Below, in pieces: positions 38,098-51,038 of a DNA stretch of 64,000 nucleotides. Within the stretch, counting starts at the first letter, position 1. Each line of letters begins with the position of its first letter. Location of the stretch: positions 187,116,001 to 187,180,000 of the forward strand of contig OX597815.1 in the NCBI GenBank assembly GCA_951406725.2. Direction: 5' to 3'. Position numbers and translations under genes: made by a program. Origin of the DNA: Octopus vulgaris. Taxonomy: Eukaryota. Under the pieces are notes generated by a model. That model had not been told where the DNA came from and ran no database searches. It worked only from the letters and a program-made list of their open reading frames with translations.

Positions 38098-38195
38098 CGT
38101 TCATAGTGCCTTCTTGTACAAGTTGCGGCACTTGTACTTCCAGGATTACCACCCATCATGTCATACAACTGTTTCCACATTCGTTGATTAGTAAT
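38098..38195 (-). CDS. ARID5B: ARID5B-like exon, ARID domain: ITNQRMWKQLYDMMGGNPGSTSAATCTRRHYE(R)
   Basis: Acceptor ttttacAG, donor GTAAGA, 98 nt, phase 0 to 2. GGNPGSTSAATCTRRHYER is characteristic of the ARID5 subfamily. Confidence 0.96.
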
Positions 38196-39056
38196 CTGTA
38201 AAAGAAAAATTAATGAAAATTTAATTAATCTAATTACTGAAAACATTTTCATTTTTAGAAAAAATTTTTACAAAAAGACATTTTGTTGTGCAATGGTATA
38301 AGAACTACGTAAGCTGAGACTCAAACAGTTCTTAGCTTCAGTTTACCATTCTTACCGCTTAAAATCTGTATTCACTAATTTATAATTATCGTTATTATTA
38401 TCATTACTACTACTATATTTATCATTACTACTGAGCTTCAAATATTTTAGACAAGTTTTTCTAAATTTTGAGAGCTCACAAAAACAGGCATTTATCCTAT
38501 TTTTAACACTTAATGAATAAATGCAAATATGAAGCTAATGAATAAAATTAGAAACTATTTATTGTTATTCGATATTCCGAACGCACAAAAAGTCGTTTGT
38601 TCAGAGCTGAGGCTTTACCTCTGTAACTGTTCTGAGTTTCTTATATCTGTTTTATACAGAACATATATGGTCATGTACATACATACATATATATCCATAA
38701 ATAGACATACATACATATATATATATAAAAATACAAACATATATATGTATATAAGCATACATATATATAAACACACACACACACACATATATATAAACAT
38801 ACATTATCATTGTTTAATGTCTGCTTTCCATGCTAGTATGGGTTGGATGGTTTGACTGAGGACTGGGGAGCCAGATGGCTGCACTTCCTAATGTCAACCA
38901 CTCCAAGACTGTTGTGGGTGTTTTATCCATACACGCACACACACACACATATATATATAAACATACATATATATATTCATATATAAATATACATATATAA
39001 ACATACATATATAAACATATATATATTACATACACACACACATATACATACACACA

Positions 39057-39145
39057 CCTCTGAAGAGCACATTGTGTTACTACTTAACAGTACTGTTATC
39101 GAATATCCGGTTATCTAATTCCCAGTGCAAAACCAATTGGTAAGG
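39057..39145 (+). ncRNA. Degenerate type-I hammerhead ribozyme (G12>A)
   Basis: CCT-CTGAAGA-GCAC...GTGC-AAAA-CCAATTGG-TA-AGG. Confidence 0.55.
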
Positions 39146-39186
39146 CTGGCCTAAATGAATCTATAATACAGTATACTTCAATACAT

Positions 39187-39223
<37 letters not shown>

Positions 39224-39869
39224 CTTTAAAGAGACTTTCTAAGAAACTTATTCTATAATCCACATAATATAAAACTGGATAATTAAAGGAAATATCTTCA
39301 GCAGCAGAAAGACCATAAAAGACTTAGATTTAAAATTTCGTATGAAATAAATCAAGAAAGAAAAAGATAAGCAACGGCATAAAGAGGAAAAAAAAAATTT
39401 ATAAAAAATTTTATACAATTGATTTTAATATACATTTTTAAAAACAAAATACCTTTTAAAAAAATGTTGACTGACTGAATTTTGACAAGTTCACTTCAAA
39501 TTAAATAAAAATTTTCTGATGTCAGCAAAAACTGCACTAAAGTGAAGGGCAGTATTGATTGTCAATTTAGCAACTACTGTTATGTAAAATTAAGATTAAA
39601 GAAAGAGAATACCAGTTGGCTACTAATCTACTGTTTATAGATATTTTTATAAATTTTCTAGCTTTTAAGTGATGGGTGATATTTCTGAAAAGCAGGATTA
39701 AGGCACAACTACACTCCAAAGAGAGCATTTCTTACATGTCTGATTCTGACGTAAACATCTGTAATTTTATCTGAAATATTAGCATAATTTTTCATAAATT
39801 ATTCATTGTGCTTAACCATAATAACCGAAAATCAACAAAACTGAAAATATTTGTCTATCTATCTATATA

Positions 39870-40120
39870 TAGGTGGATAGCCATATGCTAGAAGAAGATC
39901 ACATACGATCTAACTACAAAGAAAGAATGTTCTCCAGAGAAAATTCAGTGAACACCAGAACACAAGACACATGAAAATTACATAAATTCTTGATTTTTAT
40001 GTAATTTTCATCTGTCTTGCCTGCCTATGTTCTGGTGTTCACTGAATTTTCTCTGGAGAACATTATTTCTTTGTAGTTAGATCGTATGTGATCTTCTTCT
40101 AGCATATGGCTATCCATCTA
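39870..40120. repeat. ~250-bp fold-back (inverted repeat) element
   Basis: Arm ggtggatagccatatgctagaagaagatcacatacgatc...acataaa pairs with ...gatcgtatgtgatcttcttctagcatatggctatccatc. Confidence 0.9.
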
Positions 40121-40275
40121 GTGGTTTTTTAGCCCTAAATATACATATGTATTGAAATTTTTCTGATTTTTCAGATTTTTTATATGCTAGGCTACTGGTT
40201 TTAAATTGATATTAATTAAATTAATATTCAATTTATCTCCCTCATTATTTAAATATCAATCTATCTATCTATATC

Positions 40276-40309
<34 letters not shown>

Positions 40310-40420
40310 TACACAACTGAAAAGTTTTGTCTGTGAACTGCTGGGAATTACATCATTCTCAGTATACATTATTACAGTGAGTGAAATGTCGAGAGAATTT
40401 CACAAAGAACTTATTTAAAC

Positions 40421-40529
40421 AATCACCTGAAGAGGTGCATTCTACATCTTTGATGGAAGATAATGATTGCACATCATCTCACCTATGTACAAATAGGTGT
40501 CAGAACACATCGAAACAATTGGAGTGATT
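40421..40529 (+). ncRNA. Degenerate type-I hammerhead ribozyme with large stem II insertion
   Basis: AATCAC-CTGAAGA-GGTG...CATC-GAAA-CAATTG-GA-GTGATT. The U of the NUH triplet is replaced by G. Confidence 0.55.
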
Positions 40530-40578
40530 TTAAACAAAGAATATTGTTAATTCCATTTTCCTTCATCTGTCTATTTAT

Positions 40579-40959
40579 TGCCTGAATCGCCGGCCCCTCC
40601 CTTTGGTGCTTCTACAACGGCGCTTAAGGTTGTTCGGTCATGCGGCCCGGCGCCCAGAGGTGAGCTGATTTACGATGTCCTTCTCCCACCTCCACTTCCT
40701 AACTGGCGCAAACACACGGGCGGGCAGCTGAAGACTTGGGCAACGATGATAAAGGAGGACCTCTCCGAACTTTCAGGTCCGCAAGTGGTTGGTCTGCACA
40801 GATGGAACCGTGAATGGCTCGCTATCTCCAGTGACCTCGCACAGGACCGTCGAGCGTGGGCCGCCATAGTTCGAGATGCCGCTAGAACCAGAGAAGTAGC
40901 CGGCTCAACCTGCCATGGGTGAACGCCATCACAAGTACAAGTAAAGTACAAGTAAGTCA
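40579..40959 (+). mobile_element. RTE-clade LINE, 5'-truncated insertion with TSD
   Basis: RLRLFGH in one frame and GGQLKTW...AQDRRAWAAIV in ORF 40578..40922. (CAAGTA)n tail. TSD GTCTATTTAT at 40569-40578 and 40960-40969. Confidence 0.88.
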
Positions 40960-41743
40960 GTCTATTTATATAAACTCTTCGAATACTATGGAATTCCTGA
41001 TGTCTGTCCAGCAGCAGAAGGATTTCCACAGTATGATGACATCAGGTAGCCAATAACTGTGGATTGGCTTTGCACAGTGCTCTACAAAGTTTTTACCTGA
41101 ATCTCACTTTATACATATAGTCCACATGTGTGTGTGTGGATTTAACATTGTTCATCCTTTCCTTCATAGAGAGCCTATATGGAATGAAAATGACTTTTTT
41201 TTCCTGTTTCTACTCTTCATGAAAGGCAATTTAGATTTTATCTTAATTTTATATTCTTATATGTGAATTGCTCCTACATATTTTAGTTATAATCCTCCGA
41301 AGAGGATTAGTTTGAAGAACAATAGTAATGCAGAAGATACAGAGTTATTTTTAAACTGGAAAGCTAATCTAATTATTTATGATTCAAAATGTCTAGGAGA
41401 AATAAACCCTGATTATTATATCTAAAGAGAAATATTTTGGTATTTCAAATTGTAAAAGGAAAAAAAAATGTACTTATGGAATAATTTGATGACATCAAAA
41501 AAGAAAAAAAAAAGTTTCGCTTATGTAAAAAATATATAAATTCAAAACAAGCACTAAAAAAAAAAACTTTTTGCATTAAGACTCAATAAAAGTCTTGTTA
41601 AAAATATTCATGTTTATGACATGCTCATATATTGAACTGTCAGCTCAAATATAAAATATAAATTCTACACTTAACAGATCTTTTGTATAAATTTAGAATT
41701 AAGAGAGAAAAAGAAAAGAGAAAAAATATATATATATACATAC

Positions 41744-41796
41744 CCTTTCATAACCTCCCAATTTGTATGCATTCTTATAAAATGCAAACAAGTCAA
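41744..41796 (-). CDS. ARID5B: ARID5B-like 53-nt exon, ARID domain: IDLFAFYKNAYKLGGYER
   Basis: Acceptor ttgcAG, donor GTATGT, phase 1 to 0. ARID motif DLxxxY...LGGY. Confidence 0.93.
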
Positions 41797-44700
41797 CTGC
41801 AAAAGAAAAAGAAATTTTATCAGTATCTTCATCCCATACATACAATGATTTAAATTTATAGAAGACTAGCAGCTAAGCCCGGTTTCACCCGGCCTATTTG
41901 GATGATGTGGCTGTGATCGTTTTCGGTTAGGCATATGTGAATGAAAATTAAGTTCAGACCTGTACATGGTAGCTAGACCTGGTAGAAATAGCAGCCAAAT
42001 CTCCCTCAAGACACCCTACTTGTCTTAATCTGACAACTCTGCCTATTATGTAGTTTCTCAACACTTCCAAATCCCATACTTGGAAAACAGGTAAAAATTA
42101 ATGACAGGAAGGACATCTAACCACAAAATTCTGCCTAAAATAGCTAACTTTTTGTCCAACCCATACCAGCAGGAAAAACAAATGTAAAACAGACAGAAAG
42201 TGTTAATTGTTTGTTTGTTCCTTCTCAAGCCACGCCTAGCTCATAAGGGCCGGTTTCCCGGTTTCTTTGACGTATAGGTTCCCCATCTGGACGGGACGCC
42301 AGTCCGTCGCAGATGAGCTGCAAGATGCAGGAGGAAAGAGCGAGAGAAAGTTGTGGCGAAAGAGTAAGCAGAAGATTGCTATTACCTTCTGTCGGAGCCG
42401 CGTGGAGCTTAGGTGTTTCGCTCATCAGCACACACATCGCCTGGTCTGAGATTTGAACCCACGATCCCTTGACTGCGAGTCCGCTGCTCTAACCACTAGG
42501 CCATGTGCCTCCACAGAAAGTGTTAATGGAAGACAAAAACTTACAAAATATAAAACCGGCTCAAATACCATTAATTCTGTTGTTACCATATTTTTGTTAA
42601 CCTATGCAGTATTTGTTTTAGTTAATTTTTTAAATAATGAATTTAGTAAAATAGTTTTCTAATTATCAAGCTGTAGTCTGGAATAATTTAGCATAAAATT
42701 TTGATGGAAGATTATAATTTAGACCAGTTTAAAATTGGTAGGTTTATTTCATAGAACCCAGGGTAGTCTCAGGTGGGTTGGTACCAAAAGGGGTTAAGAG
42801 GACCCTGAAGAGAAATTCATTGATAGAAGTCAAAATATTTTGCTCCAACTCTCCACTTGGTGGCTTTTCTACAGACACTTCAGAAATACTCTAAGAAATT
42901 TTAAAGGGAAATTGGCCAAGTAAATAGAGAACTGAAGTATAACTTCAGAGTTGAGTTCAAAAACTTTCATGTCTTTGCACAGGATACTTTATTTTATTTC
43001 TCTCACTACCTCTAGTTATTGGGAGTGGGTCATGGAAGGAAGGCTGGAAAAGTTAACAGATTGGCATCCTATTCAAGAAGGTATTTTATCTCTCATCCCT
43101 CCAATGCAGTGGTCCACATAAGATTTGTTTAAAATGTGAAATAAAACAATTATACTTCTAAAATACTGAAAACACTTTAATAGGGTTTTTCTTTAAATAT
43201 ATATACAATTCCTAATACTATAACAGGACATTTTAAAGCTTCAAATGTCTGTGGGGGTCCAGTAGAGTAAAATAGGAATTAGGGATCCACAGGTAAAAAA
43301 AAAATGGTTGAGAACCATTTTCCTAATGCCTTCAATATTCAGGATTAAGCATCAGAGAGATCCAGAATTGTTTGTGAAATTATTAACTATAAAAATATAA
43401 TGGACTCATACACTGTTCACTTTCCAGACATTTGTACATTACTGCATATGCTTTATACGCACTTTTGACAAGTTGTGGTGCACCTGAGCACTGTATTCTT
43501 TAATAATGATTATTAAATGAAGGAAAAGGTAAATATGTTTGTCAGAACATGTTACACTCTTCCTGCATTAAATTTTTTTTAATTATAATTATTTTGAAAA
43601 CTTTTATGGTGCCAGCTGTTGACAAAAAGTTTTAGTAGGAATACTGGTTTGAAATTTTGGCACAAAACCAGAAATTTCAAGGGAGGTGGGTATGTCAATT
43701 ACATCGACCCCCAGTGTTCAAGTGGCACTTATTTTCTCGGGCCCCCAAAAGGCTGAACATAAAATCTGAAGAAATGTTGCTAAACATTTTATTTGGTGTG
43801 TTGAAAGTTCTACCAGCTCACCGCACCCCACCAATCTTTTTTTTTTTTTTTTTTTTTTGTTAAGGAATACTGGAAAATTATCAAAGAAGTTATTAAAGGA
43901 ACTTCAAGTACTGTTGAATAAAATTAGGTCAGTGCATCAATAAAGTAAAAGAATGTAAACAGCTGGAATAATTTCACTTGTATGTCTTTGGAAATTGTAT
44001 AAATTCAACACACGGGACTATATTTCCATAGTTCTAGAACTTTCAACCAAAGTATGTGAAGTTAAAAAGGAAACAAATTGTGCTGGAGTATAATCTATTT
44101 CATGAAGATACGAAGACAGTTAACTAAAATCATTTGTATTAATTAAAGACCGTGATATTATTTGTTAATAAAATCAAAAACACGAAGTGTGTGTGAGTGT
44201 GTGTGTAAACAAAAATAGAAAGAGGAAGAGTAAGAGGGAAAAGGAAGTATGTTGAGGGAAAGTAGAGAGAGTGAGAAATGCAATGAGAGAGAGAGAGAGG
44301 GGGTGATAATGAATCATGCTACTACTGAGAAAGAACAAATGAACTAAATGACAAGGGGGGAGAGAGAGGGGGTGGGAGGAGTAAAAGAAGAAAAAAAATC
44401 CCGAGATAGATACATTTTATCACTGATCGAGAGATAGCCACATTGTATCATATGACTATCTGGAAAGAGCAACCAGCATATTCATTACCAACAAACGAAT
44501 TAAAACATTTCTGTTTTTGTTATGTATTTATGGTATGTCATAATTAGAATTTTCATTTCAATGTAAGTTTATATACACTGAACAAAATTTAAGGCAAATA
44601 CCGAGAAAGAAAACATAAAAATCCATCGTTGATAGAGATGTACAGTGACCTCGTTAATTTCACAACATAATTGCTGATAGAAACAATATATATATATATA

Positions 44701-44825
44701 TATATATATTGTCCCTTTCTGTAGAAGAGCATAGGCTCGAAACATAAAAGACTTTTTCTATTCCTGAGCATTAAGTCTATTTTGTACACCACCTGTCTTC
44801 GTCTTTTGTTTTTTTCGTAAACTCT

Positions 44826-44859
<34 letters not shown>

Positions 44860-45271
44860 ATATATCTATATATTTAAATAAATAAATATATAAATATTTG
44901 GTTAAATATATTCAATGAGAATATTATATACTGAATTTATATTGAGTGCTCAATTGTATCAAAGTATTAATACTATTGAAGTATTTATATATTTAATACG
45001 AGCGATATATACATATAAATTTTTTAATAATATATTATTATCAATATAAGGAAATTAATATTAAAACTGCTCATAAAGATATATATTTTTTTAATACAAT
45101 TATTTTCACACAGGTATATCTTTATGAGGAGTTTTGATATTAATTTCCTTGAATTAATAATATATTATTGTACATTACTGCATATACTTTATATGCACTT
45201 TTGACAAGTTGTGGTGCACCTGAGCACTGTATACAATAATTTCAATATTATTATTTTTATTATTAAAAATA

Positions 45272-45317
<46 letters not shown>

Positions 45318-45979
45318 CATTTTAGCATCTGCTTTTCTGTACCTGCATGTGCAAGACAAAATTTGTCAGCCAGGTGTTGTTTCTGCTAACAATCACCTGT
45401 TCCCAAGCAAGGTAATATTTCCCCAAATCCTTCAAACACAGACAGCACCAAATGGCCCGATATTTCCATAAAAGATTGCAAACGAATACCATTACTTGTG
45501 TAAGTGGTGCTTCTTAATACAAAATGCCAAAACAAGGATCCAGGAACTCTTACACACACAACAGGTTTCTTTCAGTTTTTATCTGGTAAATCCACCTACA
45601 GGTCTTTCATTAGGCCAGGGCTATAGTAGCAGACACTTGCCCAAGGTGCCGCCAGAAAGGGTGGGCCTGAACTTGAATTCTTGTCATTGCAAAGTGAACA
45701 TCTTAACCGCATAGAATTCCACCAGCATTGTGGAAAAGTTGTACCTTAAAAATTTTTATCACAACAAGGATGTTCTGCAATGCAAGTGCCATTTCCCACC
45801 AATTTCTTCACAGGGGAAAGTGAAAAAAAAAAATTAAAACAATCCCTTTTGCAAGCGTAATAGTAACCAGAGATTCTGTAACATGAGGGGGAATCCCTGC
45901 ATTTTAAATATTATTTTATTGAAATGCACATTTATGAGATTATTTGATCTTAATATAGTATAGAGAACATAATACTAAC

Positions 45980-46124
45980 TCATTTTAAAGCCCAATGATG
46001 GAATCCGTTCAATGGGAGTGGTCCTTTTTCTCATGAAATTGTGGAGAGATTCCAGGAATAACTTCTCATTCGTAAGGATTGAGTCATGCTTACTATATCC
46101 ATTAAGTTGTTCATGTCTAGGTTC
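45980..46124 (-). CDS. ARID5B: ARID5B-like exon, start of ARID domain: EKLFLESLHNFMRKRTTPIERIPSLGFKM
   Basis: Acceptor tttcAG, donor GTTAGT, 145 nt, phase 0 to 1. Matches ARID5 EQAFLVALYKYMKERKTPIERIPYLGFK. Confidence 0.94.
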
Positions 46125-47364
46125 CTGAAATAAATATGTATCAGATTAAAATAATAAACCCATAATAATTCTATATGGTCTTAAAAAATATTAGTTTAAA
46201 TAACATGAGATTTTTAATCCGATTCCCCTACAATACCTTGCTGTCATCTTAAAAAAAAAAATATCCTAATGTTTTAAGGAAGGTGGAAGGAGTAATTATT
46301 TTTACATCCCTTAGGCAACGATCATTTGATACTGTCAATTCTCATGCATTTCAATATGCAAATATGATTTGAACACTTTTGCCAGTGGTGAAAGCTGTTA
46401 AACATTTTGTGTTTTGTTGTGGCACAAATATTAATGAAAATGTCAGCTAGTAATTTGCTGTACTAAATCTCTTTCCATCAAGAAGGGAAGAGAAGGGACA
46501 GACAATAGGATTTGAAAGAACAAGCTTCTAACCGAAAAAGCTTATGTCTGAACGTATGCTTTAAGCATTAAAATTATCTGAACGTGTATGCAATGGTAAT
46601 GTATAGCCTGAATACAACAATATCTTGTTATAATATTAGAACAAAATAATTACAAATAACTATTCTTTTGGTAACATCAATATTCACATGATAAGAAGGG
46701 AACTTTAGTTTTGATAATATTGTCAGTGAATAGTCACACTGATAAGATGTTTGTTTGTTTTTTTTTTATTTATGTGTAATCAGAAAAGAGGAAATGTTTT
46801 TTTTTTTTTATGGAAGAAAAAAAATTTTTTCTAGAAAGATAATGAATAACCTACTTTATCAGAGATTCTTATGGTAGTTAATAATATAATGGGTAAATAA
46901 AATAGAACATACTTTTGTAGTATTTATTTTATACTGAAAAATAGGTTTCTAAGATTACTGTAGTGGCTAATAAGGATTCATGTTTAATTACTTTTAAATA
47001 TAAAACCATTTATCAATTGAAAAATTGACTATTTTGCTGACAAATTTAAATTTAAAGGTGATTATAACAAAAGCTACAATACAGACCATAAAATTATTCA
47101 ATGAAATCATTAGTTTTTATGGTTAAAATTTTTACAAATTTAAAAAAAAATTCTCTCCGTAAAGTAAATAAACATTTGAATAAAGTCTTACTTTTAAATT
47201 TTGTAAACTCATTAAAAATTTAAATTTATATTATCACAGTTGTTTAGCAGACAACTGGATCATGAATAACTGCAGGACAAAATTTTACCTCAGTAAAATG
47301 ACAAAAAAAAAGGATTATGTGATAGCAGCGCTTCATTTTTATGATTCATTCTTATTTTATTGGA

Positions 47365-47870
47365 AATGAGCCACCTGTGTGCAGAGCTCTTGTTAGCAGC
47401 TTCCAGTTATTTACACGTACAACCGTTATATTCACTCTATTGCCACAGGGCTTTGCATTTCTCTGAACAATATGCCTTGGACAGTGAGTATGGCAGTTGG
47501 CATCATTCTGCAACCAGACTGCCTCTCCAGGCCTCCATGCCAAGTATCAAGCAGTGTACAAGAGTACAACGAGCAAGGTCGACAATGCAGCTGCCCCACA
47601 GTAGCAGCTCACTTGCTAGTCGACGCCCAACCATTGTCTGACAGCACAGATCTTCCTCTTGGTCATAATAACCTTTAAACCATTGATCTAGGATTCCTCC
47701 ACCTAGTAGGCTATCCAACATCTTACTGCCGATGTCTTCACCATATCCCTGGCCTGGATATGTAAGGAGTTGCCAGCATTTTCCCAAAGTGTTACTCCAG
47801 TCTACAGACAGAAGGGGACAACTTGCTTTCCCTTTTATGGGCTCCTACCAATGATAGGAAAATAAAGAAG
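47365..47870 (-). mobile_element. Degenerate LINE-like remnant (family unresolved)
   Basis: GC-richer intronic island with broken frames, not needed for the ARID5 frame. Strand is tentative. Confidence 0.3.
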
Positions 47871-47920
47871 AGGGGAAAACCTGCATAAATCAAACATTTC
47901 TATCGTATAAATCAAAATAC

Positions 47921-48054
47921 CCTCAGTTTGTTGCCATTTGCTTTGTGTCGCACCAGCATGGTTTCTCCAGGCGAATCTTCATTGCTGTCTGATGATAAGG
48001 ATGCTCCTTTCTTCAGTTTTTTTTTCTTTCTTGGCCTTCCTTTCAAATTAGGTG
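47921..48054 (-). CDS. ARID5B: ARID5B-like exon: APNLKGRPRKKKKLKK...GNKLR (AT-hook-like/NLS)
   Basis: Acceptor ttccAG, donor GTATTT, 134 nt, phase 1 to 0. APNLKGRPRKKK matches ARID5B. Confidence 0.92.
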
Positions 48055-48481
48055 CTGGAAAATTTTTTAAAAATGAAAAAATTATTAAGAAAAATAAAAA
48101 TACACAAAAAAAGATGCATGATGATTCACTACTTGTCCAACATTACACAACATGTTATAATATCCTTTGTTGATACTTCTAATCTTATTTCTAAAATGGG
48201 ATGTTTGAATACACATCATACATATGGCTTAGCGGTTAGGATGTTGAACCCTTGATCATAAGAATGTGGCTTTGATTCCTGGATCAGGTTATGAATTCTG
48301 TTCTTAAGCAAAACACATCATTTCATGTTGCTTAAGTGCACTCATCTGGCAAAAAAGGGAGTAATCTTGTGAGAGACTGGCTTCCTATCCAGGAAGGAAT
48401 AAATACATTAGAGACACCAGGAAACTGGTCCTATGCTCCTAACAGAATAATGTGGACTAAGCATAATATATATATTTTTTT

Positions 48482-48875
48482 TACTCTTTTACTTGTTTTA
48501 GTCATTTGACAGTGGCCATGCTGGAGCACCGCCTTTAGTCGGGCAAATCGGCCCCAGGACTTATTCTTTGTAAGAATAGTACTTATTCTATCGGTCTCTT
48601 TTTGCCAAACTGCTAAGTTACGGGGGACATAAACACACCAGCATCAGTTGTCAAGCAATGTTGGGGGGGACAAACACAAACATATACACACATATACATC
48701 TATATACATATATACGACGGGCTTTTTCCAGTTTCCCTCTACGAAATCCACTCACAAAGCTTTGGTCGGCCCAAGCCTATAGTAGAAGACACTCGCCCAA
48801 GGTGCCACGCAGTGGGACTGAACCCGGAACCATGTAGTTTGTAAGCAAGCTACTTACCAAACAGCCACTCTTACA
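48482..48875 (-). mobile_element. SINE family A (further - copies at ~37715-38040, 45560-45710, 50250-50480, 53675-54010, 54205-54500, 54640-54895, 56830-57205, 59720-60130)
   Basis: Similarity to 2265-2672. Confidence 0.85.
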
Positions 48876-48923
<48 letters not shown>

Positions 48924-50563
48924 ATTAGAAGGAAAATAATTGCAATTATATAATCATAACTCTCATTATGAACCCAAATGAAGGTACGAGCTGGCAAAAA
49001 CGCTTTTAGTGGTATTTCATCTGACTTTAACATTCTGAGTTCAAATGCCACCGGCAATGACTTAACCTTTCAGCCATTCTGAGTCGATAAAATAAAGTAC
49101 CAGTTAAACACTGGGGTCCATGTAATCGACACTACCCCTCCAAAACCGCTGGCCCTGTGCCAAAATTTGAAACCACTATTAACCAAAGTGAAGGCAGTGA
49201 ACCAAAGAGAAATTATAGCCTTTTGGCGAGCTGGCAGAAACGTTAGCACGCCGGGCGAAATGCTTAGCGGTATTTGAACTCTGCCGTTACGTTCTGAGTT
49301 CAAATTCCGCCAGGGTCGACTTTGCCTTTCATTCTTTCGGGGTCGATAAATTAAGTACCAGTTACACACTGGGGTCGATATAATCGACTTAATCCGTTTG
49401 TATGTCCTTGTTTGTCCCCTCTATGTTTAGCCCCTTGTGGGTAATAAAGAAATAAGAAATTATAGCATTTTGGACTCATGACTTAGTTTACTCTTCATGT
49501 TGTCTTAAAGTTAGGCAGGAATTGATTGAGAAACTTCCTATAGATGTTAGCTTTATTGTGATGTCAGAAATAATGAAAGATAATTGAAAATAATGAATAT
49601 TTAAGTGAAAAATTTCCTCTCTTAGAAAAGATAATTTTATAAATATTGAAAATCGAAAGAAAATTTTATAAATTTGTTCTAATACATAAAAAAAAAAAAA
49701 AATTTACATCCAAACACCTTTTTGAAAACATAACTAGCCTCGTATTTTTGTTTCTTTTTTCTCTATTCAGGAGAAAATTAACTCAAAATCTTTAACCCAA
49801 AAAGCAAACATTAGAAATAGATATGAGTATTAATAAAAAAAAAAATTAAAAATTCTCCATTGATTTTGTACATATGAAAAAATTAGATAAAGTGACCTTT
49901 TCAAGGCCTTTGACTCCTCAACAATAGGAACAATGACTAAGCAAGCAAAATGTTAATGTTTGAAATGAACTTAAGTGAAGGAAGAAGACAATGGTGTTAA
50001 TTTTATCAACTTCAACAAAGACTGCAATATTGAAATTTCTTTGAAAATAATAAGATTAAAGTATTCAATCTAGAAGCTTGATCATCAGATAGGTTATGTA
50101 AATGTAATTCAATTAGTTATAAAAAATTGAAGTAAACAAATCACAAGTACATAAAACAAAGTGACATAACTGCATAGTTTTGTATGTTATATATGTGTGT
50201 GTGTGTGTGTATATATATGTGTGTGTGTGTGTGTGTGTATATATATACACTCTACTCTTTTACTTGTTTCAGTCATTTGACTGCGGCCATGCTGGAGCAC
50301 CGCCTTTAGTCGAGCTAATCAAACTCCCCCAGGACTTATTCTTTGTAAGCCTAGTACTTATTCTATTTGTCTCTTTTGCCAAACCGCTAAGTTACGGGAA
50401 CATAAGCACACCAGCATCGGTTGTCAAGCAATGTTGGGGGTACAAACAGACACACAAATACATACATATATATTTATACACATACAAGCAATTTATTGCA
50501 AATTAAAATCAAATCAAATTAAACAGAATGATTCAGAATTTAAAAGTAGAGAACATATCTTAC

Positions 50564-50794
50564 CTAAGTAATCCCGGCAGATGTCCAAATTAGCGAGATC
50601 CGGATCATTGAAAGTTTCTCGACAAAACATAATACGTCCATTCCGAGTTTTCATCATAATGCCACCACAAGCGGCAACAAAGACATTTTTGAAGAACTTC
50701 TCCTTCACATTTTCGCACCTTCTTGATACTGCTCGATATCGACAGTAAACAGAAAAACTGACTATTTTTACCTCGGTACCCAATGGCTTTATGT
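50564..50794 (-). CDS. ARID5B: ARID5B-like exon (BAH region): IKPLGTEVKIVSFSVYCRYR...RIMFCRETFNDPDL...CRDYL
   Basis: Acceptor gtttAG, donor GTAAGA, 231 nt, phase 1 to 1. YCRYR and FCRETF resemble ARID5B YCRYR and YCRDTF. Confidence 0.93.
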
Positions 50795-51038
50795 CTAAAC
50801 AAAAATAGAAAAATTGAACAGATTGAAAATAGTGTGCATGTGTGTGTGAAATATTTCAAAAACTCAACATATAAAACTTTTACTAGTTGTCAATAGCATG
50901 CGATATCACATTCTCGGGTAAGTGATATTGTCCTACAACAATTAATTAAATTGTATCTGCTTTGTGTTACATGTACAATATATACCATTTGGAAATTCCA
51001 GATCTGCAATTATTCATAACTTTCAAGTAAAGGAGTAT

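Noticed and set aside
41290-41309. Small hairpin TAATCCTC-CGAA-GAGGATTA
   Set aside because: Too short, with no ribozyme core or other context; could be chance.
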